64,000 nucleotides of DNA, from assembly GCF_030144855.1 (NCBI RefSeq), contig NC_082710.1, positions 171,988,001-172,052,000 on the forward strand, given 5' to 3'. The position numbers were made by a program, and so were the translations under genes. This DNA comes from Hypanus sabinus (lineage: Eukaryota). Of this stretch, positions 37,204-51,000 are shown piece after piece. The notes below the pieces were generated by a model. It had not been told where the DNA came from and did no database searches. It saw only the letters and a list, made by a program, of their open reading frames with translations. Position 1 is the stretch's first letter. Each line of letters starts with the position of its first letter.

Positions 37204-37899
37204 TTTCACTGCTAGAGGGAAGAATGAATTCAATTAAATGCCAGAAAATTCTGGAAGCAAACATCACACCGTCTGTATAAAAAGCTGAAGGTGAAAAGAA
37301 AATGACGTCTACAACAGGTTTATCATCCCAAACACACCCCAAAATCCACAATAGACTACCTCAAGAGGTGCAGGCTGAAGGTTTTGCCATGGCCCTCACT
37401 GTCCCTTGACCAAAACACCATCGAAAATCTGTGGATAGACATCAAAAGAGTAGTGCATGCAAGACAGCCCAAGAATCTCACAGAACTAGAAGCCTTTTGC
37501 AAGGCAGAATGGGCGAAGATCCCACAAACAAGAATAGAAAGACTCTTAGCTGGCTACAGAAAGTGACTACAATCTGTGTTACTTGCCAAAGTACTGAACA
37601 CGTAGGGTGCCCAAACTTTTGCTTCTGGCCCTTTTCCTTTTTTTGTTAGTTTGAAACTTTAAAAGGTGGAAATAAAAAAAGTAAACATGCTTAAAATATT
37701 AAAGAACTGTGTCCTCATTAACTTCATGCCTTTTGGAGATCAGGACACCATAGCTATTCACAGTAACAGAAATTTTGACCAGGGTGCCCAAACGTTTGCA
37801 TGCCACTGTACATAGCACAAGGCACATGTAACACATACAAGATAGCAGTTAAGTACAGTTGGGCGATGTGCTTTGAAGGGCTGGAAGGGCCTATTCCAT

Positions 37900-39060
37900 G
37901 CTGTACCTCATAAATAAGTTGCTTACCCAGACCCTTCTGTTCTACTACACTCCTCAGTGCCCTTGGCAACATATCACCCTTGTCTGCATTAAATTTCATC
38001 TGCTGTTTTCAACCCATTTTTCGAGCTGGGCTAGATCCCACGGCAAGCTTTAATAGTCTTGCTCGTTGTCCAATACACTCCCTGTCTTGTGCCATCCATA
38101 AATTTGCTAATCCATTTTCCCACATTATCATCAGGATCACTAACATAGATGACAAACAAGATCGGATGCAGCACACATCCCTGCGGCACACCACTACTCA
38201 CGGGACTCCAGTTACTGAGACCACCATTCTACATCCACACTGTGGCCTCTTCTGCAAAGCCAATGTGTAATCCAATTTAGCATCTCACCTTGAATGTCAA
38301 GCAACTTAGAATTCTTCAGCAACCTCCGATTCACCACCTTGCGAAACACCTTGCTAAAATCCATGTGGGTAACATCCACTGCCTTCGTGAACTCCTGGTA
38401 ACTGCTCCAAACCCAGCATAAGAGCAGACACGATTTACCAGTCACAAACCTCTGATCAGTCCCTGCCTATCCAAATACTTATATAACTGGCCCCTCAGAA
38501 TATATTCCAATAACTTATCATGACTGATGTCAGGCTCACTGGCCTATAATGCCCTGGATTAGAGCCCCATTTAAACAACGGGAGAACATTAGCTATCCTC
38601 CAATCCTCTGGCACCTCATCTGTAGCTAAGGTTGTTTTTAATATCTCTGCTAGGGTCTCTCAAATCCTCAAATCTCTGCACATATCCCACAGGATCGAGA
38701 GAACATATTTTCAGCCCCCAGGGATTTATCCACCCTAATTTGCTTCAACAAACATCTCCTTCTCAGGAATATGTATGGTCCATTATCTCGCTGCTGCTTT
38801 GCCTCACATCTATAGACACTGTGTCCATCTCAACAGTAAATAGAGGTGCAAAAATCTGTTGAACATCTGCCCATCTCTTTCAGATCCATGCATATATGAC
38901 AACTCTGAACTTTCAGAGGCCCAGTTTTGTCTCTTGCTGTCTTTTTGCTCTCAATATATGAAAAAACAGGGTGTTGGTTGGGACGAAAGCCAATTTTGTT
39001 CGTTCTCTGCAATGATCATCTCCATGGCACTGAGGCTATGAAGACTGCCCTGGCTGTTTT
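37900..39060 (-). mobile_element. Old degenerate CR1 RT fragments
   Basis: MKFNADK and MDFSKVFRKV remnants. Confidence 0.65.
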
Positions 39061-39147
39061 GCTCCATCCCCACTAATATGATAAACTGATAAGAGAGGCT
39101 TTGGGCCTACTCTATGCTGCTTCAGGGTTCAGATCTGGTTCAGAATA

Positions 39148-42100
39148 GACAATAAATAGACAATAGATGCAGGTAGACCATTCGGCCCCTCGAGTCTGCA
39201 CCACCATTCTGAGATCATGGCTGATCATTCACTATCAATACCCAGTCCCTGCCTTGTCCCCATATCCCTTGATTCCCCTATCCATCAGATATCTATCCAG
39301 CTCCTTCTTGAAAGCATCCAGAGAATTGGCCTCCACCGTCTTCCGAGGCAGTGCATTCCACACCTCCACAACTCTCTGGGAGAAGAAGCTCTTCCTCAAC
39401 TCTGTTTTAAATAACCAACCTCTTATTCTCAATCCATGCCCTCTGGTACTGGACTCTCCCAACATCTGGAACATATTTCCTGCCTCAATCCTATCAAATC
39501 CTTTAATTATCTTAAACATTTCAATCAGATCCCCTCTCAATCTCCTCAATTCCAGCGTGTACAAGCCCAATCTCTCCAATCTCTCTGTGTAAGACAGCCC
39601 TGCCATCCCAGGAATTAACCTAGTGAATCTACGCTGCACTTCCTCAATTGCCAGAATGTCCTTCCTTAAACCTGGAGACCAAAACTGTACACAATATTCC
39701 AGGTGTGGTCTCACCAGGGCCCTGTACAAATGCAAAAGGACATCCTTGTTCTTGTATTCAATTCCCCTTGTAACAAAGGCCAACATTCCATTTGCCCTCT
39801 TTACTGCCTGTTGCACTTGCTCATTCACCTTCATTGACTGGTGAACTAGGACTCCTAGGTCTCTTTGCATTTCTCCCTTACCTAACTCGACACCGTTCAG
39901 ACAATACTCTGCCCTCTTGTTCCTGCTTCCAAAGTGGATAACTTCACATTTATTCACATTGAATGACATCTGCCAAGTATCTGCCCACTCACTCAGCCTA
40001 TCCAAGTCTCCCTGTATTCTCCTAACGTCCTCTTCGCATGTCACAATGCCACCCAGTTTAGTATCGTCAGCAAACTTGCTGATATAGTTTTCAATGCCCT
40101 CATCTAAATCATTGACATAAATCGTAAAGAGCTGTGGTCCCAATACAGAGCCCTGTGGTACCCCACTAGTCACCTCCAGCCAGTCCGAGAAACACCCATT
40201 CACTGCTACCCTTTGCTTTCTATCTGCCAACCAGTTCTCTATCCATGTTGAAACCCTGCCCCCAATGCCATGAGCTCTGATTTTACTCACCAATCTCCTA
40301 TGTGGCACCTTATCGAATGCCTTCTGAAAATCTAGGTACACAACATTCACTGGCTTACCCTCGTCTAACATCCTTGTTACACCCTCAAAAAACTCCAACA
40401 GATTAGTCAAGCATGATTTGCCCTTGGTAAATCCATGCTGGCTCAGCCTAATCCTATTTCTGCCATCTAGATGTGCCACTATTTTGTCCTTAATAATGGA
40501 CTCAAGCATCTTCCCCACGACTGACGTTAGGCTAACAGGGCAATAGTTCTCCGTTTTCTCCTTCCCTCCCTTCTTGAAAAGTGGGACAACATTAGCCACT
40601 CTCCAATCTTCAGGAACTGATCCTGAATCTAAGGAACATTGGAAAATGATCACCAATGCATCTGCAATTTCCTGAGCCACCTCTTTTAGAACCCTCGGAT
40701 GCAGACCATCTGGACCTGGGGATTTATTAGCCTTCAGTCCTACCAGTCTACTCATCACAGTTTCTTTCCTAATGTCAATTCCTCTGATATCTTATGACCC
40801 TGGCCCATCCACACATCTGGGAGATTGCTTGTGTCCTCCCTGGTGAAGACAGATCTAAAGTATGCATTAAATTCCATTTCCCTGTTTCCCATAACAATTT
40901 CTCCCAATTCATTCTTCAAGGGGCCAACATTGTTCTTAACTATCTTCTTTCTCTTCACATAGCTAAAAAAGCTTTTGCTATCCCCTTTTATATTCCTGGC
41001 TAGACTGAGCTCATACCTGATTTTTTCTCTCCGTATTGCTTTTTTAGTTAAGATCTGCTGTTCCTTTAAACTTTCCCAATCATCTGTATTCCCACTCATC
41101 TTAGCCCTGTCATACTTCTTTTTCTTTAATGCTATACAATCTCTGACTTCCTTTGTCAACCACTGTGGCCCCTACCCACTCTCATTGGAATGAACTGCAT
41201 TTGCATCCTTTGTATTATGCCCAAGAATATCTGCCACTGCTGATCCACTGTCTTTCCTGCCAGGGCATCCACCCATTTAACTTTGGCCAGCTCTTCCCTC
41301 ATGGCTCCATAGTCTCCTTTATTTAATTGCAACACTGACACCTCTGATCTGCCCCTATCCCTCTCAAATTGTAGAAAAAAACTTATCATGTTATGATCAC
41401 TACTTGCTAATGGCTCCTTTACTTCAAGATCACTTATCAATTCCTGCTCATTACACATCACCAAGTCCAAAATAGCCTCGTTCCTGGTTGGCTCAAGCAC
41501 AAGCTGTTCCAAAAATACATCCCTTAGACACTCCACAAACTCCCTATCCTGGGGTCCAGCACCTACCTGATTCTCCCAGTTCACCTGCATGTTGAAACCT
41601 CCCATAACAACTGCATTGCCTTTAGCACATGCCAATGTTAACTCCCTAATCAACTTGTACCCAATATCCACGCTACTGTTTGGGGGCCTGTACACAACAC
41701 CCATTAGGGTCTTTTTACCCTTACTGTTCCTCAGCTCAATCCACACAGACTCTACTTCCCCTGTTCCCAAGTCACCTCTTGCTAAGGACTGAATCTCATT
41801 CCTCACCAACAGGGCCACCCCACCCCCTCTTCCCATATTTCTGTCTCTACGATAGCACGTATACCTGGTACACTCAATTCCCAGGCCTGATCCCCTTGCA
41901 GCCATGTCTCCGTTATCCCAACAATATCGTAGTTCCCCATTTTCATCTGAGCTTCAAGCTCATCTGTCTTATTTCTGACACTACGTGCATTCAAGTATAG
42001 AATTCTTAGCCCATTCCTCCTCTCTTTGCTTAAAACACTGTCTACTGTACCTAACACAGCTCCTTGAACTTCCATCGGGCAAATTGCACCCTGAATTTTG

Positions 42101-43462
42101 ATGACCTTCTCAAGATCACCCAAACCTGCTGCACATTTAACCCCATGCACCTTCTGACCAACCCTCTGGATCTGGATCCCTGCCCCCTGCACATTTAGTT
42201 TAAACCCCCCCGAGCAGCACTGGCAAATACTCCTGCAAGAATGTTAGTACCCCTCCGGTTCAGATGTAGACCATCCCTTCAAAACAGATCCCAATGTCCC
42301 TGGAACAAAGACCAATTATCCAAAAACCTGAACCCTTCCTTCCTGCACCATGCTCTCAGCCTCGTATTAATGTGCATAATCATTCTATTCTTCGCCTCAT
42401 TCGCACGTGGCACAGGTAGCAGTCCCGAGATTGTCACCCTGGAGGTCCTGCCTTTCAGCTTCACTCCTAACTCCCTGAACTCTCTAAGCAGGACCCCCTC
42501 ACTCACCTTACCTACATCGTTGGTCCCTACATGGACCACTACATCTGGGTTCATGCCCTCGTTCTCAAGAATAGCCTGCACCCGATCTGAGATGTCCTGG
42601 ACCCTGGCACCAGGGAGGAAACATACCATCCGAGACTCCCGATCTGCCCCACAAAATCTCCTATCTGCCCCCCTAACTATAGAGTCCCCTAAAACTATCG
42701 CTCTCTTCTCTTCCCTCCTCCCCTTTCTAGTTGAGGGTTCAACCTCTGTGCCAGAGGCAGGACCACTACAACTCATTCCTGGTAGGTCATCCCCATCAAC
42801 AGTATCCAGTACAGTATACTTATTGTTAATGCGAATGGCCGCAGGGGTGCTCTGCTCTCTCTGCCTGCTCCCCCTGCCTCTCTGGACCGTCACCCATCTG
42901 CCTACTTCTTGGTTTTTTTGGTGTGACTACCTCCTGATAGCTCCTATCTATCTCTGCCTCTGCCTCTGCCTCCCGAATGATCCGTAGTTCATCCAGCTCC
43001 TGCTCCAACTCCCTAACACGGGCTGATAGGAGCTGCAGCTGGACGCACCTTTTGCAGGTGTGGTCATCAGGGACAACTGTGTTGACCCTGACCTCCCACA
43101 TACTGCATACGGAGCACACGACTGCTCTGACTGTCTCCCCCATACCTGAACTGGATTAATAGAATAAGTCTAAAAAGCACCGAGCGACCTTACCTTCTTC
43201 CCCCTCAGCGAGCAATCACACAAGCTTACCGAAGTCCCCTTACGCCAAAGCCCAGGATTCTGCTTCCACGGACTCCGCCGCCCGATCTGAAAAGAAGTCC
43301 TGCCTTTTAAAGTGCGCGATCGACACTGACGTCACTCGCGCCTGCGCAGTTCCCCCTCCTCCACAGGTATTGACCAGGTAGGCTTAAATCCTACCTACAC
43401 GGTCGAATTCTCTGAGCTCCCAGCTCAATCACAAGCTGTAACTTGCTCCCGATTACTTGCTC
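39148..43462 (-). mobile_element. Full-length CR1 LINE (ORF1 about 43143-42279 with frameshift; ORF2 EN/RT with frameshifts; uninterrupted 507-aa RT C-terminal ORF 39235-40758), putative TSD CAGAATA
   Basis: ORF1 CSVCSMWEV and VLGDSIVRG; EN YLNARSVRNK and SDHNMI; RT FQKAFDKVPH and FADDTK; repeat tail; CAGAATA at 39141-39147 and 43463-43469. Confidence 0.92.
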
Positions 43463-44554
43463 CAGAATACTGTTGTTTGTTTCAATTGTTTGTATCATGA
43501 GCGGTTTTTTTATTTCTCTTGTGCATCAAGAGATGGTGTTTTATTTTTTATTTTTATTTCTTTAAATTGGGTTCTTTCGGGTTTCTTGCTTTGTGGCTAC
43601 CTGTGAGCAAGCAAATCTCAAGGTTGTATAATTTATACATTCTTTCATAATAAATGTACTCAAATATTGAATATATCTGTAGAAGCCCTTAAGATTCTCC
43701 TTCACGTTGTCTGCTGCTGCAACCTCGTACCTTCTTTTAGCCCTCCCCATTTATATTGTCTTTTCTTGCATTTCCTGTTTCCGGTCAGATGGCAGCGCGC
43801 TCTGATGATCCGGCTTCTGCAAGGTCAACCAAGGCTGTTATTTAAATGCATTGTTTACAATCGCAAGACCATGCTGGACATTAACAAATTAAAGTACTGT
43901 ACTGCAGGCCTACCCCATCAGCGAGTTGCTCATTGGCGGAGAAAATGAAGTAGCTGCACTTGGTGCGGACTCTGATACTGCCGGCAACAGACAGTGAAGG
44001 AGGTGAGCAGCTTAACAGCAAGGGATTGACATAACCCATGATAGAATTGGCTGTAAGCACTGGTTCTATAGGTTGATCTATGCCTCTTATCACCTAGTAC
44101 AGCTCTATCATGCCCCTTATCCTCCTTTGCTGCAAAGCCTTTGAACGATTTTTGACGTTTGATCACTAAAGTCCTCCTACCTTTGATAGACTAAGTGGCT
44201 GGCTTTGAATTGAATGTTGATTTCTGAAAGGAACGCCCAATTCTGTTCCGCTCTCCTTTCTGTGACAGAATAGGTTTGTTAATTTACCATTACTCCGAAA
44301 CGTACCGCGACTCTAATCCCGGTAACAACTTCACAGTTTAATAGTTGTTTTTAACTATCAGTAACAGAAATCTACGTGATGTAGTTCTGCACTGCACCGG
44401 AAATTACAGGGTATTTAAAATATATTATTGAAACAAGGGGTTGTGGTGGTGTGACTGTCGTTCGAGTTACTAATTCTATCCCTGTCAATTTGGCGGCAGG
44501 AATGCATCTGTCACAATTTGTTCTTATTTATGGCTAAAGGCGCCATGATAGCGA

Positions 44555-44780
44555 AGCAGGCAGCGTGGCGCTTTGCCAGTGACACGGGTTCGTTTCCCAC
44601 CATCGTCTGTGAGGAGTTTACACGTTTCTCTTGTGATCGCCTGGGTTTCGTCTGTATGCTCTGGTTTCTGTCCACATTGTAAAAATATACGGGTTCTTAG
44701 GTTAATTAGTTAAGTAACTCTTGTTGGGCAGCACGGGTTCTTTGGGATGGAAGTGCTTGTCACCAGTGTGTACCTCAAAT
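44555..44780 (+). mobile_element. tRNA-derived SINE
   Basis: gggttcgtttccc B-box-like motif and SINE body. Confidence 0.55.
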
Positions 44781-45139
44781 AAAAGATTCAAGGTACATTT
44801 ATTAGCAAGGAATGTATAAGTTATAAAACATTGAGATTCGTTTGCTTACAGGCGGCCACAAAACAAGACACCTGAATAACCCTGTTTAAAGAAAAACTAA
44901 CACCCTGTGTGCAGAGTGAGAGAAAGCATACACAAAGCATTCAAACAGTTAAAGTAACCAACAGCATTCCGAACCATACTCAGTCCGCAGAACCGGAGTC
45001 AGGAGCCGCAGGAGTAGGCCCACAGCCTTAGTCTCGGTTCATCACACAGTGAGTCAAAACGCCGCGGGGCAGGAAGACAAGAAGCATGGAGCATACTGAA
45101 CAGTCTCACCAATTCGGCGCCACAGAGGGAGGAGTAAAT

Positions 45140-45500
45140 CTCCATCAGGCGATAAGAAATAGGAGCAGAAATAGGCCATTCGGCAAATCGAGCCTGCTCC
45201 ACCATTCAATGATGGACTGATCCAATTATTCCACTCATTCCTACTCCCCTGCTTTCTCCCCATACCCTTTGATGCTCTAGCTAATCAAGAACCTATCTCT
45301 CTCTGCCTTAAATGCACCCAATAGCTTGGCCTCCACAGCAGCTCCTGGCAACAACTTCTACAGATTTACCACCGTCTGACTAAATTTCTCCGCATCTCTG
45401 TTCTAAATGGAAGTCGTTCAATCCTGAAGTCCTGCCCTCTTGTCCTAGACTCCCCTGCCATGGGAAATAACTTTGCCATATCTAATCTGTTCAGGCATTT
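45140..45500 (-). mobile_element. CR1 3-prime end fragment
   Basis: aggccattcggcaaatcgagcctgctccaccattc type 3-prime end. Confidence 0.7.
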
Positions 45501-46239
45501 TAACATTTGGAAGACCAGGCAGAATCGTCCCGACCCTGCCTGCGGTCCAGCACCCTACCTTTTCTGTCTATCTGGCCGGCGTTTAAATCGTTCAGATACC
45601 GGTTCGTGCCCCACACCAGGACCCGAGACTCGCCACCGCTCTGGGCCTGTGCCCGCCGCCCAGCCCGAGGCCGTTCTGGACCGTTCTAAGTCGGCTCGAA
45701 GTTCAGATCGATCTAAGCTCGCACCGGGTTTAGCTGGACGGGATCCAAACTCCGTCCGCATCGAGTCTTCAAAGATTCACTCTCTCCAACTCAGTCTCCT
45801 TCTCGACCTCGCTTCTTCTCGAACATACCACGCTCCGACTTTGCATCGCAATCGCACGGCTCAATCCTTGTGTCTACCTTGCCTTCGCTCTCCACTTCGT
45901 TGTTTGGGTGATACTTTACCCCAATGCACCACAGAAAAAGTGTTAGTATTAGAAAATATTTAGTCGTATTTCTTGCCTTTATGTCATAAAAATAATAAAG
46001 TTTTAGATGTGAATGTTGTTCACATGCCCGTAATGACAGGCAAAACGGATTGGGAGATGGGCCAGGCCTTCACTCATTTGTTGCACATAAACTTTAGAGG
46101 AGTAAAGCAGAATGAGCAGGAACAACTACATTTTTCTACGCAACAAGCAACCTGCCGGCAGATCTCAACGCGTCTAGGGGCATGTGTGGAGCAAAAGACA
46201 GTAGGTAGCGTAGGTACTGTAGCGATTAGCATGAACGAT

Positions 46240-46403
46240 TTACGACGCCAGTGACTCCCGTTCAGTGCCCGCCGCTCTCTGTAATGAGCTCGTACATTCT
46301 CCCCGTGACGGGGCGGGGTTTCTCAGGGTCACGTAGGTGTAGTTGAGCCCAGCGGGCTCTTTGCGCCGGCAAGCCCTGTTTCTACGTGTCTCCAAGTAAA
46401 TAT
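46240..46403 (-). other. Candidate terminal exon with ITIM-consensus LNYTYV
   Basis: Strong acceptor tcttactcacttatag|, phase 1, 54 codons to TAA. Confidence 0.3.
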
Positions 46404-47535
46404 CTATAAGTGAGTAAGACTGCGATGGACAGAGATCCCGATTCAGGGCTATTTTATTGCACGAAGAATAGTGTGACTGTACACTTCGAGTTACTGAGGT
46501 AAATAACAAAATACAACATGAAAACATATTAGATTGTCTCTAGCTCTGCTGGTGGTAAGGTCGCAAGAGGGCTGCAAGAAGACTCGTGTGAATATAATCA
46601 TTAATATAGATTGGTTGAGTAAGTGTCTTATTCTTGCACTGAAGAATCGACATAGCATCCTGGTTATCCGAACAGATGTTCTGACATGTAAAACAGAAAT
46701 TTAAAAAAAAGAGAGTTTATGGAAAATTGAAACAAAAACAGAAAATTGCAGAAATACTTGGTCGGTCCAGCAGCATCACGCCAGGACAGGAGAGGATAGA
46801 GAGAGAGAAATCGCGTCAATTTTAAGAGAAGGTGAGAGAGAAAAGTGGGTGTATGTTTGAAAATGTGAGACTAGGATTGCCACGGAGATAAACTGTTAGT
46901 GCAGTCAACTGGCTGATAGGTGAATGAGGGCAGTTAGAGATCAAACAGTGGAATATTTGCCCTGTTGAATGCAGGTCAAGAGGAGGGATAAAAAGAAAAA
47001 AATAGATCAAACTCTTTTTTGGAGATAAACAAAAATTTGTAACATATATAAGAACTAGCTAGTTCTCATGCAGAGAAAGCGAATTACCTGAAATGATTGA
47101 AATCGCTATCATGTACCGAAGAGTTCAACGTACATAAAATGGGGCGCTGTTCATGACGAATTTATTTTCAGAATTATGTTCAATATCACCAGCAGATGTT
47201 GTGAAATGTGTTGTCTTTGAGACAGCGTACAATTCAACACATAATATTAGAAAAAATGAGAATGACATAAATATGTTTAGTTAAATTAAATAAACGGTGC
47301 AAAAAGAAATAAAGAGGTAGTGTGGTAGTGTTCATGGGTTCAATTACTATTCATAAATCAAATGGTAGAGGGGAAGAAGCTGTTCCTGAATCCTGAATGG
47401 TCTAACTTGTTACAGAGTAAACACTGAACGAGGAATGCATTCATGAAATTAAACAGAACTCCTTGCTGATCGATGGTCCTCTGAGAAACTGACTCCAGAA
47501 AATTGAAATGATCTCTAAGTACCAGAATCCATCAG

Positions 47536-47541
47536 TTTATT
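47536..47541 (-). promoter_or_regulatory. Candidate polyadenylation signal (AATAAA) for locus B/C
   Basis: tttatt on the plus strand, about 270 nt 3-prime of the stop codon; position only. Confidence 0.3.
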
Positions 47542-47813
47542 TAATTAATTTACGTCAATTCACTTCGGAGTACCAGAACATTTTACTTTTCAGTTTACCA
47601 TTTTAATGTCCCTTCTTCGTCCTCATGTTATGAAATAATTATGCTTAAAAATGTTAATTTCGAATAGTGATTAAAGTCTAATCTTAACTATTCCTGTAAT
47701 AGCAAAAGCATACAGACAAATTGCCATGAACTCCTAGAATGTCAGCCATGCAACTAATCCGACTAAACCGGTGCCTATACTGGAAGCCCTTCTTGCGTTT
47801 GGAAATTAATACA

Positions 47814-48092
47814 TTACAACTGCCGCACACTGACGGCCCCATACACGACATACTCTTCTTTCATTCCTGGCGACTTCGCTGGCTTTGATGGAAGGTGTTC
47901 CTCACAATGATCCTGAAACCGAAGTTGGGAGTATACAACCCCACCTTCATCGCTTTCCGCGAGAGATACGGAACCCGTCACGCCTGGCGCTTTGTGCCGT
48001 ATTCCAGGCTTGACTGATTTATGATCAATCTGATCCGGTGGAGGAAGGCTGTTCAGGTGAGTGTGAAGTTCAGCCTGCGACTTGACCACTTC
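47814..48092 (-). CDS. Locus B/C terminal exon with ITIM VVYSQL and VVYGAV
   Basis: Homolog of 64-342, open frame to TAA. Confidence 0.85.
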   Translation of the reverse strand, partial: EVVKSQAELHTHLNSLPPPDQIDHKSVKPGIRHKAPGVTGSVSLAESDEGGVVYSQLRFQDHCEEHLPSKPAKSPGMKEEYVVYGAVSVRQL

Positions 48093-51000
48093 CTTAAATT
48101 AAACAGACAACACAACAATCCTGAGTAGCACAATGGCGATCTTTCTAAAGTTCTAAACGTGGAAAGCGCTTTCTAAAAGGAAATAGTGAAGAATTTCTTC
48201 AGAGGGCGGCGAATCTATGGAATTCATTGCCACGGACACCTGTGGAAGCCAAGACTTTGGGCATATTTAAAGAGGGGGTTTAAAAATAAGGGTGTCAAAG
48301 ATTATTTAGAGAAGGCAGGAGAATGGGTATCAGGGGACAAGTAAATTAGCCGTGAGTGAATATCAGAGCAGACTTCCTGAGCTGAATGGTCTAATTCTAT
48401 CCCTATGACTTATGCCCCTAGCGGCTGGTCGAATTCAACACTTGCCAATAATAGCTGATATTCCTGCTGAAATTTGCTCGAAAGGGATCCATTGGTTTGT
48501 TTCCTGTGCGTTTCTCTGCATTCTATCTAACGTTTATGGTCTTGCAATCTTAAGCCTGGAGCAATATGTGTTATGACGCGCTGTTGGCATTTTCAGCTCA
48601 ACTACTTATACTGCTCTACACCCAATAGTTCAATAACCAGGCTGCCGCAGCAAGAATTGTCTCTTAATTATTTTGCGACTTCCAAACATTCAGTGAAGAT
48701 TGAACTCTACGCTGTTCCGCATTGATTCAAAGCTGGAATCGCAACATAGTATTGGACAGTTGAACTAAAAACCGAAAATGTAGGAAAACAAAAAAAAACT
48801 CTACAGATCAGGTAGCATTTGTGACAAAAGAAACAGTTAACAATTCATGCTGAAAACCCTTCACCGGATATCAATATAAATAAAATGGAAAAATGCTACA
48901 TACCCTACTGACGACTTGACTTCCAGATCTTTTATCTATGATACATTTAAAAAAACAAACAATTAGCTATTTCAAATCGGGGGAAAGGGCACACACAGAC
49001 AGATCGCCGACACTATGTATGTCATAAATATTTTGAGAAGAATGTCTATTCTTTCAGATATTTCTCCCACGTTTCCAAAGTTATTGATACTCTTTGTACT
49101 GTATCTTAATGTATTACCGTGTGACCAAAAACAACCATAAAATCACACGACTAAAACAATTAAATAGCCTTAAAATGAAATTAAGTATAACCTTAGATTA
49201 TTTTTTCTCGAATTTAGATAATGTGTCTCATTTTTTTATTCCTTGGGATACAATGCGGAAAAAGCCCTTCTGAGCCGCATCACACGGTAGCCCCCGATTT
49301 CACCCTAGCCTATTCAGGGGATAATTTACAATGATCAATTAACCTATCTTTGCGCTTTGAAAGGAAACAGGAGCACCCGGAGGAAGCCCACGTCGTCATG
49401 GGAAGAATGTACAAACTCCTTACAGACAGCGACGGGAAATGAACCCGTGTCACCAGTACTGTAAAGCGTTGAGCTAACCACTACGTTAGCAGCAAGATAT
49501 CCACAGAAGTGTAAAGTAACTTTTAATATTGCTTTCTTTCCTGGCCTTGCAAACATTTTTACCTATACCTTGCAAAGATCAGAAGATAAGTAAGAGGTAC
49601 ACGAGATACAAATATTTTATATATAAGACGCATTATTGCCCTAGCGTAAGATTAATACAGGAGTATACGTGTTTCAAAAATTCCTGTAAACCTTTACAGG
49701 ATAAATAATGATCGCAGAAAATTAGGCGTTTGTCCAATTATGAGATCCATTCCAATGCCAATAATAATTTGTCTCTAATCTAGACATTAACAGAAAGAGA
49801 CTCATTTGCGCGGAGACAGTTTGATAACGGTTATGTTAATAGACTTGCGTTTAGAATTCTGGATCATTGATTTGGAGAAGCGAGTAACGTATGAGATTAT
49901 ATCAATCTGGGATCTGAAATAAAAAGCCAAACAACAGCGAATCTACCGGATTGTCATAAATACTCGTTTAAATTAGTAACGCTATGCACTGAAGGAAATT
50001 CTCCGTGCAAATCCAGTCTAGGTCTTAACTAATGCGCTTGATCCTTCAAAAGGCTGCACTTATCATTCAGGGCCCCCATCAGCTCTTCTCATTCCTCCAA
50101 CAGTGAGGGGGAACAGAAACCTGAATACACACACTCAAAGTTTTCAGTACGAGAACCAGAATCAAGTTTGATATCACAGGCAAACGTCGTGAAATTTGTT
50201 GTCACGAGACAGCAGAGCGTTGCAATACATATTAATTAAAACTGAATTACAATAATTAAATATATATAGTTATGTATAGTGAAATTAAACAAGTAGTAAG
50301 ACATTGTTCATGAGTTAACTGTCCATTCATTAATCTGACGGCAGAGTACCTTTAGTTTGATAGATAGATAGAAAATACTGTATGCCAGTGATATAATACC
50401 TGATTCTGCTTCTTATTCTGATACTTAATCACCTCCATTTCTCAGGACATTAGAGGTGGATAATAACAGATTCAGGGATATCACATCCCGTGAACCAAAT
50501 GACCATGCCAAAGAAGTTGGGTTTGGGACAGGTACCTGGAGATCGACAGCGGCGCAGAATATAAATGATCACAGCAAGCGCCAACGTGAGGAGTACAGCA
50601 GGCAAGGCGAAAAACCCAGGAAGATAGACATTCTTCTGAATGGAGTCCTCGTGCCCTGTGCAGAAACATTAGTTCATTCTTTACTGCTAAAAATACTTTC
50701 TTCGAACGTTTTGGAGCCTTAACTAGTCGGTTCAGCGCCGCCTCGAGATGGCGAGAAGGTAGATGGAACATCAAGTGTTTATTTTTAAATATTGCCCTTT
50801 ATGTGTTGTTTACTTCTACAGCTCTGGTTGTTATCTGTCAACAGTCGACATACCACACAGGATCAAGATGGTGAGTATACACACTACAGAGGATGATGTG
50901 TTTTCTCGGTAAATATAAGTTTATTTTTAGATTGCAAATGTCACTATGTCCTTTGCTCTTTGATCATCAGTGCCCGGCCAGACCTCGCGTTCATCGGGCT

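Larger units (their letters stand above)
34050..37808 (+). mobile_element. Tc1-family DNA transposon, split by a solo LTR and a CR1; right TIR ends cactg|TA, left TIR missing
   Basis: GYKKIARRFQV..SSVRNVIKKW, RSGRPRK, VLWTDE|VKIELFG and WPSLSLDQNTIENLW transposase motifs in three pieces (34080-34531, 35498-35640, 37204-37600). Confidence 0.92.
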
